NCBI RefSeq assembly: GCF_964355755.1
Contig: NC_092670.1
Coordinates: forward strand, 31,174,388-31,238,387
Direction of reading: 5' to 3'
Origin: Antedon mediterranea
Taxonomy: Eukaryota; Animalia; Echinodermata
DNA length: 64,000 nt
Positions 1-12,690 of this stretch are shown here, piece after piece; position 1 is the stretch's first letter; every line of letters starts with the position of its first letter. Position numbers and translations under genes: made by a program. The notes under the pieces were generated by a model. The model made no database searches, was not told the DNA's origin, and worked only from the letters and a program-made list of their open reading frames with translations.

Positions 1-417
1 GGTAAAACAAAACAACTACTAAATGTATACAGTAAACTATGCAATTTATTCCAAGTGAATCAAGTGAGGATTCTCAATAAATAGATAAAATATACAATAT
101 ACAATATTTGATAAGACAGAGCAATAAACGGTGTAGCTAAGATGCTGGTTGAGAAAAGAGTGTGTTAATAATGTGGTCAGTGCATGGTAATATTGGGCTT
201 GGCCCATCTCATCTGACCAATTAGGATTAAGAGAATTAATGTGGTTTTCTGTTAGAGTCATTAACATTCTTAAAATCCATTAGCTAGAAAAGTGAAGGTA
301 ACAGGAAGGTAACCTGTCAATGTGAGGTTAAATAAAGAGATATATAGAGGATGTATAAATAATCAAATTAAAAGTAAATGTTGAATTGTTTAAAAGCTAT
401 GTGGTAGGTCTGCTACA
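1..417 (-). repeat. 3' LTR (truncated by window edge)
   Basis: Matches 2712-3092 except for a 36-bp indel; preceded on the minus strand by purine tract GGAAGGGGG. Confidence 0.9.
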
Positions 418-440
418 GGAGCCCCCTTCCAGTGAAAGAA

Positions 441-2060
441 TTAATGATAGAACGAGACAAAACGTTGAGGGAAATGAACATGTCTACCAGAACGAGTAGT
501 ACGGGGAGGGGTTGCCAAAATGGGTGACGGGTTGGTTGGTTTGACTAGGGGTGATGCTTGTAGCTTGGGAGTGAGGGTTTGCTCTTGGCTTTTAAATATA
601 TCAGTATCCAAATGAGCTACTTTTAAGCGATCAATACTGACTGTGTCCTGTCGACCATTTAGATCGAGAACAAAGTGTTTGTCTGTTCGACTTAATACCT
701 TAAATGGACCATCATATGGACGTTGTAAGGGTTTTCGAACAGAGTCCCTTCGAACAAAAACATGGGTACAATTAAATATTTCTTGATTGATATAGGATTT
801 ACGGTTAGAGTTGGTGCGGGTAGGTGTGGGACGTAGTTTACTCATATTATCACGCAATCTATCAATATAATTAGAATAATCACAATGTTCAGAGTTTGAA
901 TTAAAGAATTGTCCAGGTAATCTTAAAGTAGTGCCATAAACAAGTTCAGCTGCACTATGACCTAGATCAGCCTTAAGGGCTGTACGAATGCCTAAAAGTA
1001 CTATAGGTAAATGTTCTGTCCATTTAGTGTGATCATTATGTGCTTTGAGAGAACCCTTCAAATGTCGATGAAAACGTTCTACAAGTCCGTTCGCAATAGG
1101 ATGGTAGGCAGTTGTATGAATGTGCTTAGTTCCTAGTAAGTTGGCGAGTGAATGAAATAATGCAGATTCAAATTGTCTTCCTCGATCTGTTGTAATGGTT
1201 GAAGGTATTCCGAATGAAGCGATCCATCGATTGACAAATGCGTGTGCGACAGTATCGGCTGTGATATCCAGAATAGGTACGGCTTCGGGCCATCGAGTAA
1301 AACGATCGATAAAAGTGAGTAAATAAGAAAAACCATTTGACGGAGGGAGAGGTCCAACAATATCTATATGTACATGGTCAAAACGGGCGTCAGGTGTAGA
1401 AAAAGTAGAGAGTGGCGAAACGGTGTGCCGGTGTACTTTGGAACGTTGACATTGAATGCATGTTTGAGACCATCGTCGTACATCACGATTGATTGCTGGC
1501 CATACGAAACGGTCAGTAATTAAACGTTGTGTTGCTCGTATACCAGGATGTGATAGCGAATGTAGAGTGTCAAATATTATGCGTCTGAATTCTTGTGGGA
1601 TATATGGACGTGGATTGCCTTTGGAAATATCACAAAGAATTGTAGAGTCAGAAGTTGGAATTGGAAAGTTTTGAAATTGTAGTGAAAACGGTGATTCAAG
1701 TAGCTTGTGCAATTCATCGTCATTCTTTTGTGCAGCAGCAATAAGACTAAAATCAACAATGTTAGTTGTGTTGTGACTGAAGGTATTCAGTTCGATTCGC
1801 GACAATGCATCAGCTGCTGCATTAGTTTTTCCACTCACATGGCGTATGTCCGTTGTGAATTGAGATATGAAATCGAGATGACGGATTTCGCGTGGCGAGT
1901 GACGATTTGGTTTGGCGAGTAAAGCATACACAAGTGGCTTATGGTCAGTAAAAATATGAAATGAGCGTCCTTCAAGTGAATGGCGAAAATGTTTAACTGA
2001 AAGGTATGCCGCCAAAAGTTCAAGACCAAATGTGCTGTATCGCGTCTGCGCTGGTTTCAA
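441..2060 (-). CDS. Pol remnant: RNase H C-terminal part plus complete integrase
   Basis: RNaseH motifs ELLA and TDHKPL; HHCC zinc finger (H-SLSH...CIQC); DDE core ([20 protein letters not shown]); C-terminal PYDGPF. Upstream RNaseH (VDASDVAIG) at ~2100-2185 is frameshifted. Confidence 0.9.
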   Translation of the reverse strand: MKPAQTRYSTFGLELLAAYLSVKHFRHSLEGRSFHIFTDHKPLVYALLAKPNRHSPREIRHLDFISQFTTDIRHVSGKTNAAADALSRIELNTFSHNTTNIVDFSLIAAAQKNDDELHKLLESPFSLQFQNFPIPTSDSTILCDISKGNPRPYIPQEFRRIIFDTLHSLSHPGIRATQRLITDRFVWPAINRDVRRWSQTCIQCQRSKVHRHTVSPLSTFSTPDARFDHVHIDIVGPLPPSNGFSYLLTFIDRFTRWPEAVPILDITADTVAHAFVNRWIASFGIPSTITTDRGRQFESALFHSLANLLGTKHIHTTAYHPIANGLVERFHRHLKGSLKAHNDHTKWTEHLPIVLLGIRTALKADLGHSAAELVYGTTLRLPGQFFNSNSEHCDYSNYIDRLRDNMSKLRPTPTRTNSNRKSYINQEIFNCTHVFVRRDSVRKPLQRPYDGPFKVLSRTDKHFVLDLNGRQDTVSIDRLKVAHLDTDIFKSQEQTLTPKLQASPLVKPTNPSPILATPPRTTRSGRHVHFPQRFVSFYH

Positions 2061-2156
2061 CTTCTGTGAGAAAAATGAAATAGGTTGACAATTGTTGTCA
2101 ATGCGTTTGTTGTAGTATACCCCCTATGGCCACATCCGAAGCGTCAACCATGATAC

Positions 2157-2564
2157 TTAAAGGTGCATCTGGCTGCGGATGGGTGAGAAGAGTTGGCGGA
2201 GGCGCTGTTGGTCGGAAGCAGTTGTCCGACGTATTAAAGTATCTTTGAAGTTCACATACCTGTTATCAGTAGGCGGGGTGAGACATAGATCCCGAACTCC
2301 CTGCGCAATTTCAGGTTGCGATGATCCTACTAAGTAAGCATATTTAGTAGCATCTGCTGTGATCCCACGCATTGTAAACTGTGCTTCGACTTGGGTGAAC
2401 CACAATATCGTATCATTGGGCCAGTATGGAAGCAGTTTCAATGCTAGAGAAGAAATTGGCCTGTTGACGGTTGCTGCGTCAGAAGCGGGCACCACAGGTT
2501 GTTCCTGGTGCTGGGGTTGTGCTGGAGGTTGCGGTAGCTGTCGTTGTTGCTGTTGTCCTTCCAT
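2157..2564 (-). pseudogene. Gag N-terminal fragment fused by deletion to RNase H
   Basis: LKLLPYWPND..LWFTQVEAQF is a CsRn1-type gag motif. It runs into the HPQPDAP RNaseH linker at ~2185; protease and RT are absent. Confidence 0.8.
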
Positions 2565-2690
2565 CTAAACGACGGTATAAGAAAGTCGAGGGACACCACT
2601 TTAGTATGGATGAATGACACTCTCAGTTCCATGCTTCTTTAGTCGGGTGTCACCACTTTAGTTCCATGCTTCCTTAGTCGGGGTCACCAC

Positions 2691-3092
2691 TTTAGTAATT
2701 GTCGGCGCAACGGTAAAACAAAACAACTACTAAATGTATACAGTAAACTATGCAATTTATTCCAAGTGAATCAAGTGAGGATTCTCAATAAATAGATAAA
2801 ATATACAATATACAATATTTGATAAGACAGAGCAATAAACGGTGTAGCTAAGATGCTGGTTGAGAAAAGAGTGTGTTAATAATGTGGTCAGTGCATGGTA
2901 ATATTGGGCTTGGCCCATCTCATCTGTTAGAGTCATTAACATTCTTAAAATCCATTAGCTAGAAAAGTGAAGGTAACAGGAAGGTAACCTGTCAATGTGA
3001 GGTTAAATAAAGAGATATATAGAGGATGTATAAATAATCAAATTAAAAGTAAATGTTGAATTGTTTAAAAGCTATGTGGTAGGTCTGCTACA
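2691..3092 (-). repeat. 5' LTR
   Basis: Direct repeat of 1-417, adjacent to the PBS. Confidence 0.88.
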
Positions 3093-5675
3093 CATATATT
3101 AATAAAGACATAAGTTACTTTTTATCTAGATTTCATTATAAATCATGTGTATAATCTATACACTAAGAAATAAATTTGAACAAACAATACAGATAATAAA
3201 AAAAAAATCTTATTTCGTTTCCCAAGGTGAGACTCGATCTCGGTACCTTGAATGCCATAGACACGAGCCAAGACCATCGAGCCATACACAACTGACTAAA
3301 GTTATGGAAAGATTCCTCCGTGTATTTACTATGCAGTAACCACTTTGGTGCAGATAGATTATTACATACCGCAATGAATTATAATGTTTTACTATGATGA
3401 CATCTTTAAAAATTTTTAAAAATGATGCACTGTCAAACTATATACTTTTATCTTTAATATATGAACTTCTTAAGGAAGAAAGTTAATGTTAAGTTTGTTA
3501 TTTCGGCCTAAGAAAATTTTATAATTTGATTGATTGTCATAATTAATTTTTTAAATTTAATATGCCATTAATGATGACTTAAACAACTTTTTTTCTCCTA
3601 ATTTCATAATAAATCATAAATATGATACATACACTTCAAGAAAATTAAATAAAAAATAGGTGTTCCCGAGCATTCTAACGATATATATTAATTTTTAAAT
3701 TTAGCATATTTTCACCATTTTGTTAACTTACACGTGCGTAGACTGTCACTTTAGACGTGCTCGTATAAGGCTGTTTCGCGTTGAAAAGTGAATAAAATAT
3801 GATGATATTATTAAAGAAAGGTTATACAACAGTAATCGGACAAAAAAAGTGCGCATTAACGTTTGACGCGCAGTGCGCGTGCAAAAATCGACGCACTCAT
3901 GCTAATTTTTTAAACGCTTAAAATTGCCTGAAACGTACTCTAATTTCATCGAAAATAAATTCTGACAATTTTGAACATTTTAAGCGCGCGTACGCATGCG
4001 TTATATGCGCTACGCACGTAATTGTATTGCCATATGATGAAATATGACCTGAAATTTATGAGTACCAAATTTTGTTTTAAAATGATTCATGCTTGTGAAG
4101 ATATGATTACAAACATGATTTCATTAAATCGCGCGTAGACCACGTAATGTTTGATTGCGCACCGTGAAAACATAACCACATCGATTCCTGGCCATAAGGA
4201 ATATACTCTGAAAAATTTACTTAGCTAGATGAAACTGATATCAAGATAATTCACGGACAAAATAGTGCTAAGGAAAGAATAAATAAACAAACTAGATTTA
4301 ATTCGTCACTATGACGAATTATAGGTTATATGCATTGATTTAAATAAAGATAATTGATTTTTAAAAGATATTTTGATTCATTGATTTTCTCAGATTCTTT
4401 AATTATTTATAATATATGATAGGACCTGGCTAATGCGAATACAATAGCCGGTATCACAATCCGATCAAAGATCCCTCTGCGTATCAGTGGGAAAGCCACT
4501 TCGCGATTTGACCGTTAAATCGTGTAAAATCGACTTACTTCCGCATTAGCAATTTTGAAGCGCCCTCTGTCGTTGAAAACTGAAACCAGGAATTTGCGTC
4601 GCCTAGCAAATATTTGCTGTTTTATTTAAAGCTCTCATGAATATTTAAGACCCACCCCACATTTCCTATTATGGTAAAACAATTTCCTAATAAGTATAGT
4701 TTGATAACCAATCGCTTTCTTTCGGAAAAAACCGAAGCTTATCAAAGCATTTGGCGGTAAAAGTCGAGACTCGTAAAATGCACAAATGTGGTACGACTTG
4801 TCTTCTGTTTTGTTGTCATTTTTCTGAATAGTCGGAGGTGCATCCCAACAAATAAAAACAATTTTAATCAATTGTTGTATAAAGAGTAATATTAGTTTCA
4901 TCGATTATGAGATATTTCTAGCCTGTTCAAATTTTTTTTGGTGAACTCCTAGGCCGTAAAAGGTAGGTATCTTTTCTAGCTGTTATAATGGTTATGGCGA
5001 CGCGAGCCACGTGTGTTGGTATAGGATGAGATGGGAACGCGTGTTCTATGTGTCGCGTGTGGGGGTTTATTAGGTCGTTAACGTACGACATACCATATCT
5101 GTCTGGACCTAGGCCTACGTACGAGGCCTAGCTAGCCTATGAGTTTTTTATAATATTTAATAATAATAATGGGATAGTACAATATAAATCCATCATAATA
5201 TAAGCCTAGCCTCTATTACTAAATTAGTGTAGTAGGCTAGGTAGGACCTACTGTAGCTAGACAAGAGTAGTATGTAGTAGGCTTTTATTTTTTATTATTA
5301 ATTTTGTTTTCATTAGTATTTTTAGTACAAAATATTACTAGGCATATACTATCTATGCCTAATAATACCTAGTACAATATAAAACCATGTTATTATTTAT
5401 TCATTTTTACGGTACTATATATATAATATAGTATTGTTGTAGCCTATTTTTATTATTAATTAGCCTTCATTAGAGTAGGCCATATTTTATTAAGTAATAA
5501 TAGTATGCCTGGTAGTGTACTCAACTGCTGTGTGTTGGACAATTATTAATTCATATTTGATTAATTGTTATTTTTCAGGTGTGGTTGATAATCGGCCTAG
5601 TTTAAATGTAAGTTTTAAATATTTATTGCTACAGTAAGGTAAGTAAAGGTAGGTACACATTAATTAATACTTAGA

Positions 5676-8600
5676 ATGCCTCGTGGTAGTAACTGTCAAC
5701 GGACTCATTCATCCAGGGAAGGTGGTCCATGCAAGATCTGTGATGCAACTGAAAACAGATATTGGCATATTGCAAATGCTCTACCAAACCATGCATTAGC
5801 AGTAGAAAACTTGCAGCAACATTTTAAGGTAAGTGAGATGGATTGTATTTGTTGGAATTGCCATAGGAAGTGGAATACTACTGAACAACCAATAGCAAAG
5901 AAACCAAAGGTAGACTCTAGATCATGCCTTGTTCCAAATTGTACAAATCTTCACCAAATCCACCAAACTGACAAAGGGGATGAATGTAAATTAAGGCAAT
6001 GTTTCCAGCTTCCAGAAGCCCATGTTAAGCAGGTACCACAATTGGATGGTAAGTTTTTTATTTGTCATTTGCATTATAATATCTATAACCGTTTTCTCTC
6101 ACCGTCTGAAAATTGTAGTGTATGTGATCATCGTACACCGGGTGGCAGCAATAGATCATGTGGCAATGATGTTGACAAATTTAAATCGTATTTGATTGCA
6201 CTTAATTTGTATGCTGAAGATATGGACTTGGCAAACATGTATTTATGTTTATCATGTTTTGCATCATACCATAGGTACTGTAAAGGTGAGTCATTCATCA
6301 GAGAACAGCGATGTTCCAAACATTTCTTTCAGAGTCTCATCGATGCACTTCAAGAAAATGTTGATCGTCAGAGCTGCATTGATGTAAGCATCTACAAGTC
6401 TGTAATTCACTTAGGGGAGGTTCTGCTTTCTGATAAAGCAATTTTACTAGATAAACTCTATCAGCATTTTTCAGAAAGTTGTTTGTTGTTTGATGTATCA
6501 CAATGCAGGAATCATGAGTTACACAAATTAACTGAAAAGCAGATGAAGAAACTATTGCTTAAACGTATAAGGGCGTCATTAGGTGAATGTGTAACAAGCT
6601 ACAGTGTCCCTGGAAACGAACGTTTAGGAATTGTTTTTAGAAGGTTTGGTACCGATATCCAGAATTGCTTGTTGAAATCCCTGTACGAGTGCAATAAGGA
6701 GAATGAGCGACTTAAAAGGCATGTTGAGGAAATGGAGAGAAAACTAAAAGGTTTAGAGACTCAAGGTAAGTGTCATTTGACAGCTGCAGCTGATGATTTA
6801 CAGTCTAGAGTGGCCACTCAGGCTAAGGTGTTTTCCGATAATAAGTTACCTATTGATACATTTGATTTCATTTCACTCATTAGGTCTGTAGATCCTGTTG
6901 TTTGGAACTTTCTTGTACGAATAAGTCTAAATAAACAAGAAGTTAAGTCTTTTTATAATAAGATGACATTTAGATGGGATACTCATTACATGAGTACACA
7001 CAAGTCAACAACACTGAGTCATAGTAAGCAATTGAAGAGACTCAATCTAATATGTTGCCTTCTGTTTTTGCAAAATGACCAGGCTTATCTTCCTTTCCAT
7101 ATGCTAATCACTGATATTGTTGACAAGTTTAATAATATTATAATAATAATAATAATAATAATATTTATTCGGCAAAAGTTCATAAAGTACATTTTACAAT
7201 TCATCTTGCCAGGAGCAAGTAATAGGCATGAGCCCAAACAGAAAACTGCTCTTACTCCATCATTACTTATAAAATACAAAAATAACAAAACTAAGTAGCA
7301 CAAATTAAGTCAAAATAAAACAAAACAAAGTAATAATGAGATACACCAATTAAAAATAAGCTGCATTAAATAAACAATATAAACAATTACAACTTAATAT
7401 TTTGAGAGCAAATGTTTGATAAGTTGGGCTTTAAAGTCTGAAATTGTAGCACATTGTTTAATTTCATTGGGAAGTTGCTCCCATAATCTAGGGAAAATAA
7501 CAAACGATGAATTTAAAAATGTATTGGTCTTTGCCTTCCAATGTATTAACCGCCCTTCACACCTCTCACTTGATCTCACAAACTCATTAAAGGATGATGG
7601 ACAGAGGCCATGCATTATTTTAAAACCTAATGTGAGTCTATACACTTTAAATATATCTTCAATACTTAAAATATTTAGGTTCTTTAACCTATATAAATAT
7701 GAAGTGTCCCAATTTCCTTCTTTTCTGTACATAATTATTCTAGTGGCCTTTCTCTGAACCCTTTCAAGTCTATACATATGAGATATTTCAGTAGGTGCCC
7801 ACATACAACAACAGTAAGTCACAACAGGTAGTATTAGTGCTTTGTAAAGATTTAGCATTTACACACTCCTCCGGGAAATGTGTAAGTATCTTGTCACAGT
7901 TTGGGATATGTGTATCAAAAGACACTTTACTTAGGTACCAGAAACATGTTGCAGAACAGGAGATGGTCAATAAACAGTTTTTAACTAATTCATTCACAGT
8001 TGTTTCTATAGATAACATTGACAAAAACTCACAATATGCAGCTGTCCGATCATCGGAGCACTCGCGTGGATTCCACGGTACCTCAATTCAGGCTGTTCAA
8101 TCCTTGCCTACAGCATGTAAGACACATTTAACTAATCTTTCTCAGGTTCCCCAGGTAACTCAGAGCAGCATGGTACAGCAGGTGGAAATTGGAAGAGAAA
8201 GGAGAATTTGTCCGTCAACAGTGTCAAGTTATCACAGCGGTTCTAATCAAATGTTTAATCCACTTAATCCACAGAGAGGTCGATGTTCCAATCTGAATAT
8301 AGAAGACTTCCAGCTGTCAAATGATGAGTCTGCTGCTTTATCTACACAGGAACATTTTCTTTTTCAGTATATCCTGACAAAGACTTCGGCAAAACTAACA
8401 AAACCAGAACTCTCTTTACCAGGTTTGAAAGCTGCACATCATAGTGTTGGCTTTCCCAACACAGAGAAATCCGAAATTCAGTTTGTTGCAGTTCTTCCAA
8501 AACCAGCTGACAGCAAGGAGACCATGAAACACTCGTTGTCAATGCTGTATACTAAATATGATATTGGTAATTCCAGAGATCAATTGGTTGTGGTAGGTGA

Positions 8601-11574
8601 TGGAAAAACATATGACATTCTAATGAATTTGAAAAGGGAGTATGGTACAGACCTTGACTGGATGTTACCCTACATAGGTGATTGGCATCTTTTAAAGAAC
8701 TGTCAGGGCCCTATTATGAAAGTGTACCTAGATGCAGGTCTCAAAGACTTATTGCTGAAAGGAGGATATCGTGGTGCTAAACTTACATCTGTTGCTAATG
8801 CCACTGTTTTTGACACAACACATCATTTTCTTTTGCAGGTTTGGGAGGCTTTTTATCAATTTCAGGTTAAAGCATTTTTTGATAGTACGGAATTGCGAGA
8901 TGAGATCACATCTAATATTAATGATTGTATTTCTGCTTCTTTGAATAGTGAACATTTTCCATATATGGATACTAGTTCAATGTTATCAGCTCACCCAGTA
9001 TACAAGGAAAGATTTGAAAAGTTTTGTAGTGAATTATGTCTCAAAAATGCAACTTTCAGGTTCTGGCATCACTTTGTTCATCGTGATATGTTCCACTACA
9101 TTAATCTTTATCTTGCTATTCGCAGTCGAAATTTTGATCTCAGGAATGCATGTGTTCTCCAGCTAACTCCATTATTCCATGCATTAGATAGGCACATGCA
9201 TCTAAAAATAATTCCTTTTCATATAGCTGATCTAAAGAAATATCCTGCACACATTCTTGAATGCTTTTCACAGGGTGCATTCACAGTTGGTATCACTGGC
9301 GATAATTGGTCATGTGTAGCCCTTGATGAGGCACATGAGATGGTAATCAACAAGAATGTAAAGATGGCTTTGACAACAACAGGAACAGAAGGATTATCAA
9401 AGCTAGTACACTATCTTCCACACCGCACACGATCTGTATGCAATTTATCCTTACAGATGAGTCGTAAAATTGGATATTCATCACCTCAATTTCTGTCTCC
9501 TTCTCTAATTAAATATGAAGAAGAGAATATACTTGTTTTTTTCACAGAACTGCAGAGTGCTGCAATATTGGATACAGGTCCTTCTGATCTTTTATACCAT
9601 TTATTCACAGAACAGGTTGCAGCACCAAAAGCCTCCACCGATTTGCTGAATTTCTTTGAATATGGCCAGCAAGATTTCAACTCTTACCTTAAATGTATAG
9701 TTCTTAATGTTCCAGGTGCAAAGCGACCACAGCGAAAGAGAAGAAATATCACCACTTTCACTACGCCAAAGAAGACTGTTGCAAAACCGAGAAAGGAAAT
9801 CCAAGATCAGAAATTACAGATATCCTGTTTACGAAAACAGGTTGCTTGGTCAAAATCACAAAATCAGGCTGTATCTGACTTTCACCAAGTTCTTTCTCTT
9901 CCTAGGGCTTTATGTTCAGCAGATGGCATACCGTACAAAGCTAGTAAGGCTGTTTCATCTACTTTTTTTAATTCAAGGTATCCTAATGCTTTCACAGATA
10001 TCTATACTCCCACCAAGGAAGCAACAGCATATAAAGCAGAGGGAATGTTTTTAATCAACACTACCCCATTACAATCACATGAGACATTCAGAGATTACAT
10101 GTCCTTTCTTTTCAGGCAATGGGTTTTAAGACCATTCCGTGAATACCATGCCAGTGAAGTTCATGTGGTGTTTGACCATCCCAGTAAACATGGTTTAAGT
10201 CCAAAGGATGTTGAGAGAACACGGCGTGATTCAAAACAGGATAGTACAGCTGACACTCAATTTTCTTCCATAGATGTAGATGACAAGTTACCACGCAAGT
10301 GGCGTGCATTTCTTGGAGTGCGGAGCCAGAAACGTCTTCTCGTCAATCTAATATCAAGTTTCTTTGTCTCTCTTGCTTCACAGAAATTACATGATGGCCA
10401 GACTTTTATAACGTCAGGAGGTTTTGATGGTCAAGACACTGACAAAGCTTTTTGTGCTCGACCTAATGAAACCAATTTGGTTTCAGAATATACATCTTCA
10501 CACGAGGAAGGGGATTCAAGAGTGTGGCTACATTTTGCTAAAACATCCTGCAAATCTGTTGTTATTTATAGCCCAGATCGAGATACTTTTCATGTAGGTC
10601 TTCCAGTTGTAAAGAAAGCAGACAAGAAAGCTGTTGTCCAGTTGAGAGCTTCAAGAGGAGATAATTTGTATCTCTGTGTTAATTCATTGTTGTCATCATT
10701 GTCTGATGACCTTTCTTTGCAGGCTCTTGGTGATGCGGTATCTGATGTTCCAGAGTATCTTCAGGTGTTGTTTATTTGTAGCGGTTGTGATTATGTTTCA
10801 TTTTTCAAAGGACATTCAAAAAAGAAATTCATGGAAGTGTTTTTTAGACATTGCAGGTTTGTTACTGGAGGGGTTTATTCAGGTTACCTGAATCAGGTTG
10901 GTTCTGGTGTTCAAGAACTTGGACTATTAGCATTTTATAGATTGGTTGGTTGTGTTTATTTTCAGCAGCACATGTCTGCATTTAGCGTAGATACAGCAGA
11001 AGAACTTTTTGATAATGTGAGTACAAGTACATCTGATTTGAGTGACCTAGACATACATGTTAAATTTCTTACTGTAATCAGGGAAAGTATATTCCACCGC
11101 ATCACAAGTGAGGACCAGTGGATGCCAACAGTTGATGCTTTGAAGTATCACTGGTTAAGGACATGTTGGATTGCTTTAGTATGGTCTCAGGCAAGTACAA
11201 ATTTAGTTGTAATTCCTGACTGTATAAAGTATGGATGGAGCCAGACAGACCAAGGCAAGATTACTGTTATCTGGGACTCTGAGGAAAATAAATTAAAGGT
11301 AAGTGAATCAGTTAGATATTTAAAGAATGGCTGCAAATGCAAGACTGGATGTATAACTGGCAGATGTGCGTGCCATAAACGCAAAAAACATTGTGGACCT
11401 GGTTGCTCTTGTTTAAGATGCAAGAACACACAAGATTTTGAAGATGAAAATCTTACCAGCAGTGACTCGGATACAGAGTCTACTTGTAGTACTTCAAGTG
11501 ATGGTTCTGCTATCTCCTCACATGATGGCATGGATGAAGATGCCGATGATACTTTTCAATTTTTAATCACTTAG
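5676..11574 (+). pseudogene. Academ transposase-XPG nuclease-Cys8 protein (~1722 aa) interrupted by a LINE
   Basis: 5676-7130 and 7861-11574 join in frame (IVDKF|THSSG). Cys-rich N-terminus; transposase motifs SIDNID, GDGKT, GDWH, LDEAHE; PIN/XPG motifs VVFD, HEEGDSR, SPDRD, GCDY; C-terminal CKCKTGCITGRCAC...CGPGCSCLRC. Confidence 0.85.
7131..7860 (-). mobile_element. 5'-truncated CR1/L2-type LINE
   Basis: ORF 7394-7858 (LYKALILPVVTYCCCMW...LERVQRKATR...RLWEQLP) is the C-terminus of an RT ORF. (TAT)n tail at 7131-7165; TTTA at both junctions. Confidence 0.88.
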
Positions 11575-11896
11575 ACATTGTAACTTCTTTTTTTATTATG
11601 TATATATGTTACTTTCAAATAAATGCAGTGAAATCTCTTGTAACAGAATAATACTTTTTTTTTCACAAAAACACTTTTTACTTGTTGATAGTACAATATT
11701 ACCATGATCTTTTTAACATTGTTCTTTCATTATTTTTTGTTGTTGAGTATTATTTGAATGCTGCATGTATATAATCAAGTCCTATACTCCTATAATCAAA
11801 TATATATTTCAATACTGCATGTTATCAATGTAAACATCTTGTTATTTATGCAATAATAATTTAACAGGATACATTAACTACCTCATATTAGTTAAA

Positions 11897-12690
11897 TCCA
11901 TTTATCAGTTTATTCCATCCATGATATTATTATACCAAAGAAGTTTAAATGTTTGCATGCCTTGTAATTTTGTTGTATATAATGCATAGCCTATATACAA
12001 TATATATTTTCGAGCAATGTTAGTTTCCAGTTTGAAGTTTCAATGTTACAGTATTATTGTAGTGTTTTGTATATAAAATACAGTATCCATTTATCAGTTT
12101 ATTCCATCCTTGATATTATTATACCAAAGAAGTTTAAATGTTTGCATGCCTTGTAATTTTGTTGTATATAATGCATAGCCTATATACAATATATATTTTC
12201 GAGCAATGTTAGTTTCCAGTTTGAAGTTTCAATGTTACAGTATTATTGTAGTGTTTTGTATATAAAATACAGTATCCATTTATCAGTTTATTCCATCCTT
12301 GATATTATTATACCAAAGAAGTTTAAATGTTTGCATGCCTTGTAATTGTGTTGTATATAATGCATAGCCTATATACAATATATATTTTCGAGCCATGTTA
12401 GTTTCCAGTTTGAAGTTTCAATGTTACAGTACTATTGTAGTGTTTTGTATATAAAATACAGTATCCATTTATCAGTTTATTCCATCCTTGATATTATTAT
12501 ACCAAAGAAGTTTAAATGTTTGCATGACTTGTAATGTTTTTGTATATAATAGTACTTAGCCTACATATTATATGTATATACATTTTTGTAGTCCTATAAA
12601 CGGTTAGTTTCAGGTTTGATTTTTCAAATACAGTATTATTAAATGTGTGCATGCATTGTATTGTTTTGTATATAAAATATAGTATATTTA
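11897..12690. repeat. ~189-bp tandem repeat (~4 copies) in Academ 3' region
   Basis: TCCATTTATCAGTTTATTCCATCC recurs at ~11898, 12086, 12275, 12464. Confidence 0.9.

Larger units (their letters stand above)
1..3092 (-). mobile_element. Gypsy (CsRn1/Boudicca-like) LTR retrotransposon, internally deleted
   Basis: Direct LTRs <1-417 and ~2691-3092 (minus-strand start TGTAGCAG). PBS TGGTGACCCCGAC at 2689-2677 is complementary to the tRNA-Trp 3' end. PPT lies at ~418-435. Contains gag and RNaseH/integrase ORFs. Confidence 0.92.

Noticed and set aside
5676-11574. Two separate genes (540 aa and 1259 aa)
   Set aside because: One ORF split by a LINE; the poly-Ile tail and the MPTYNN start derive from the insert.
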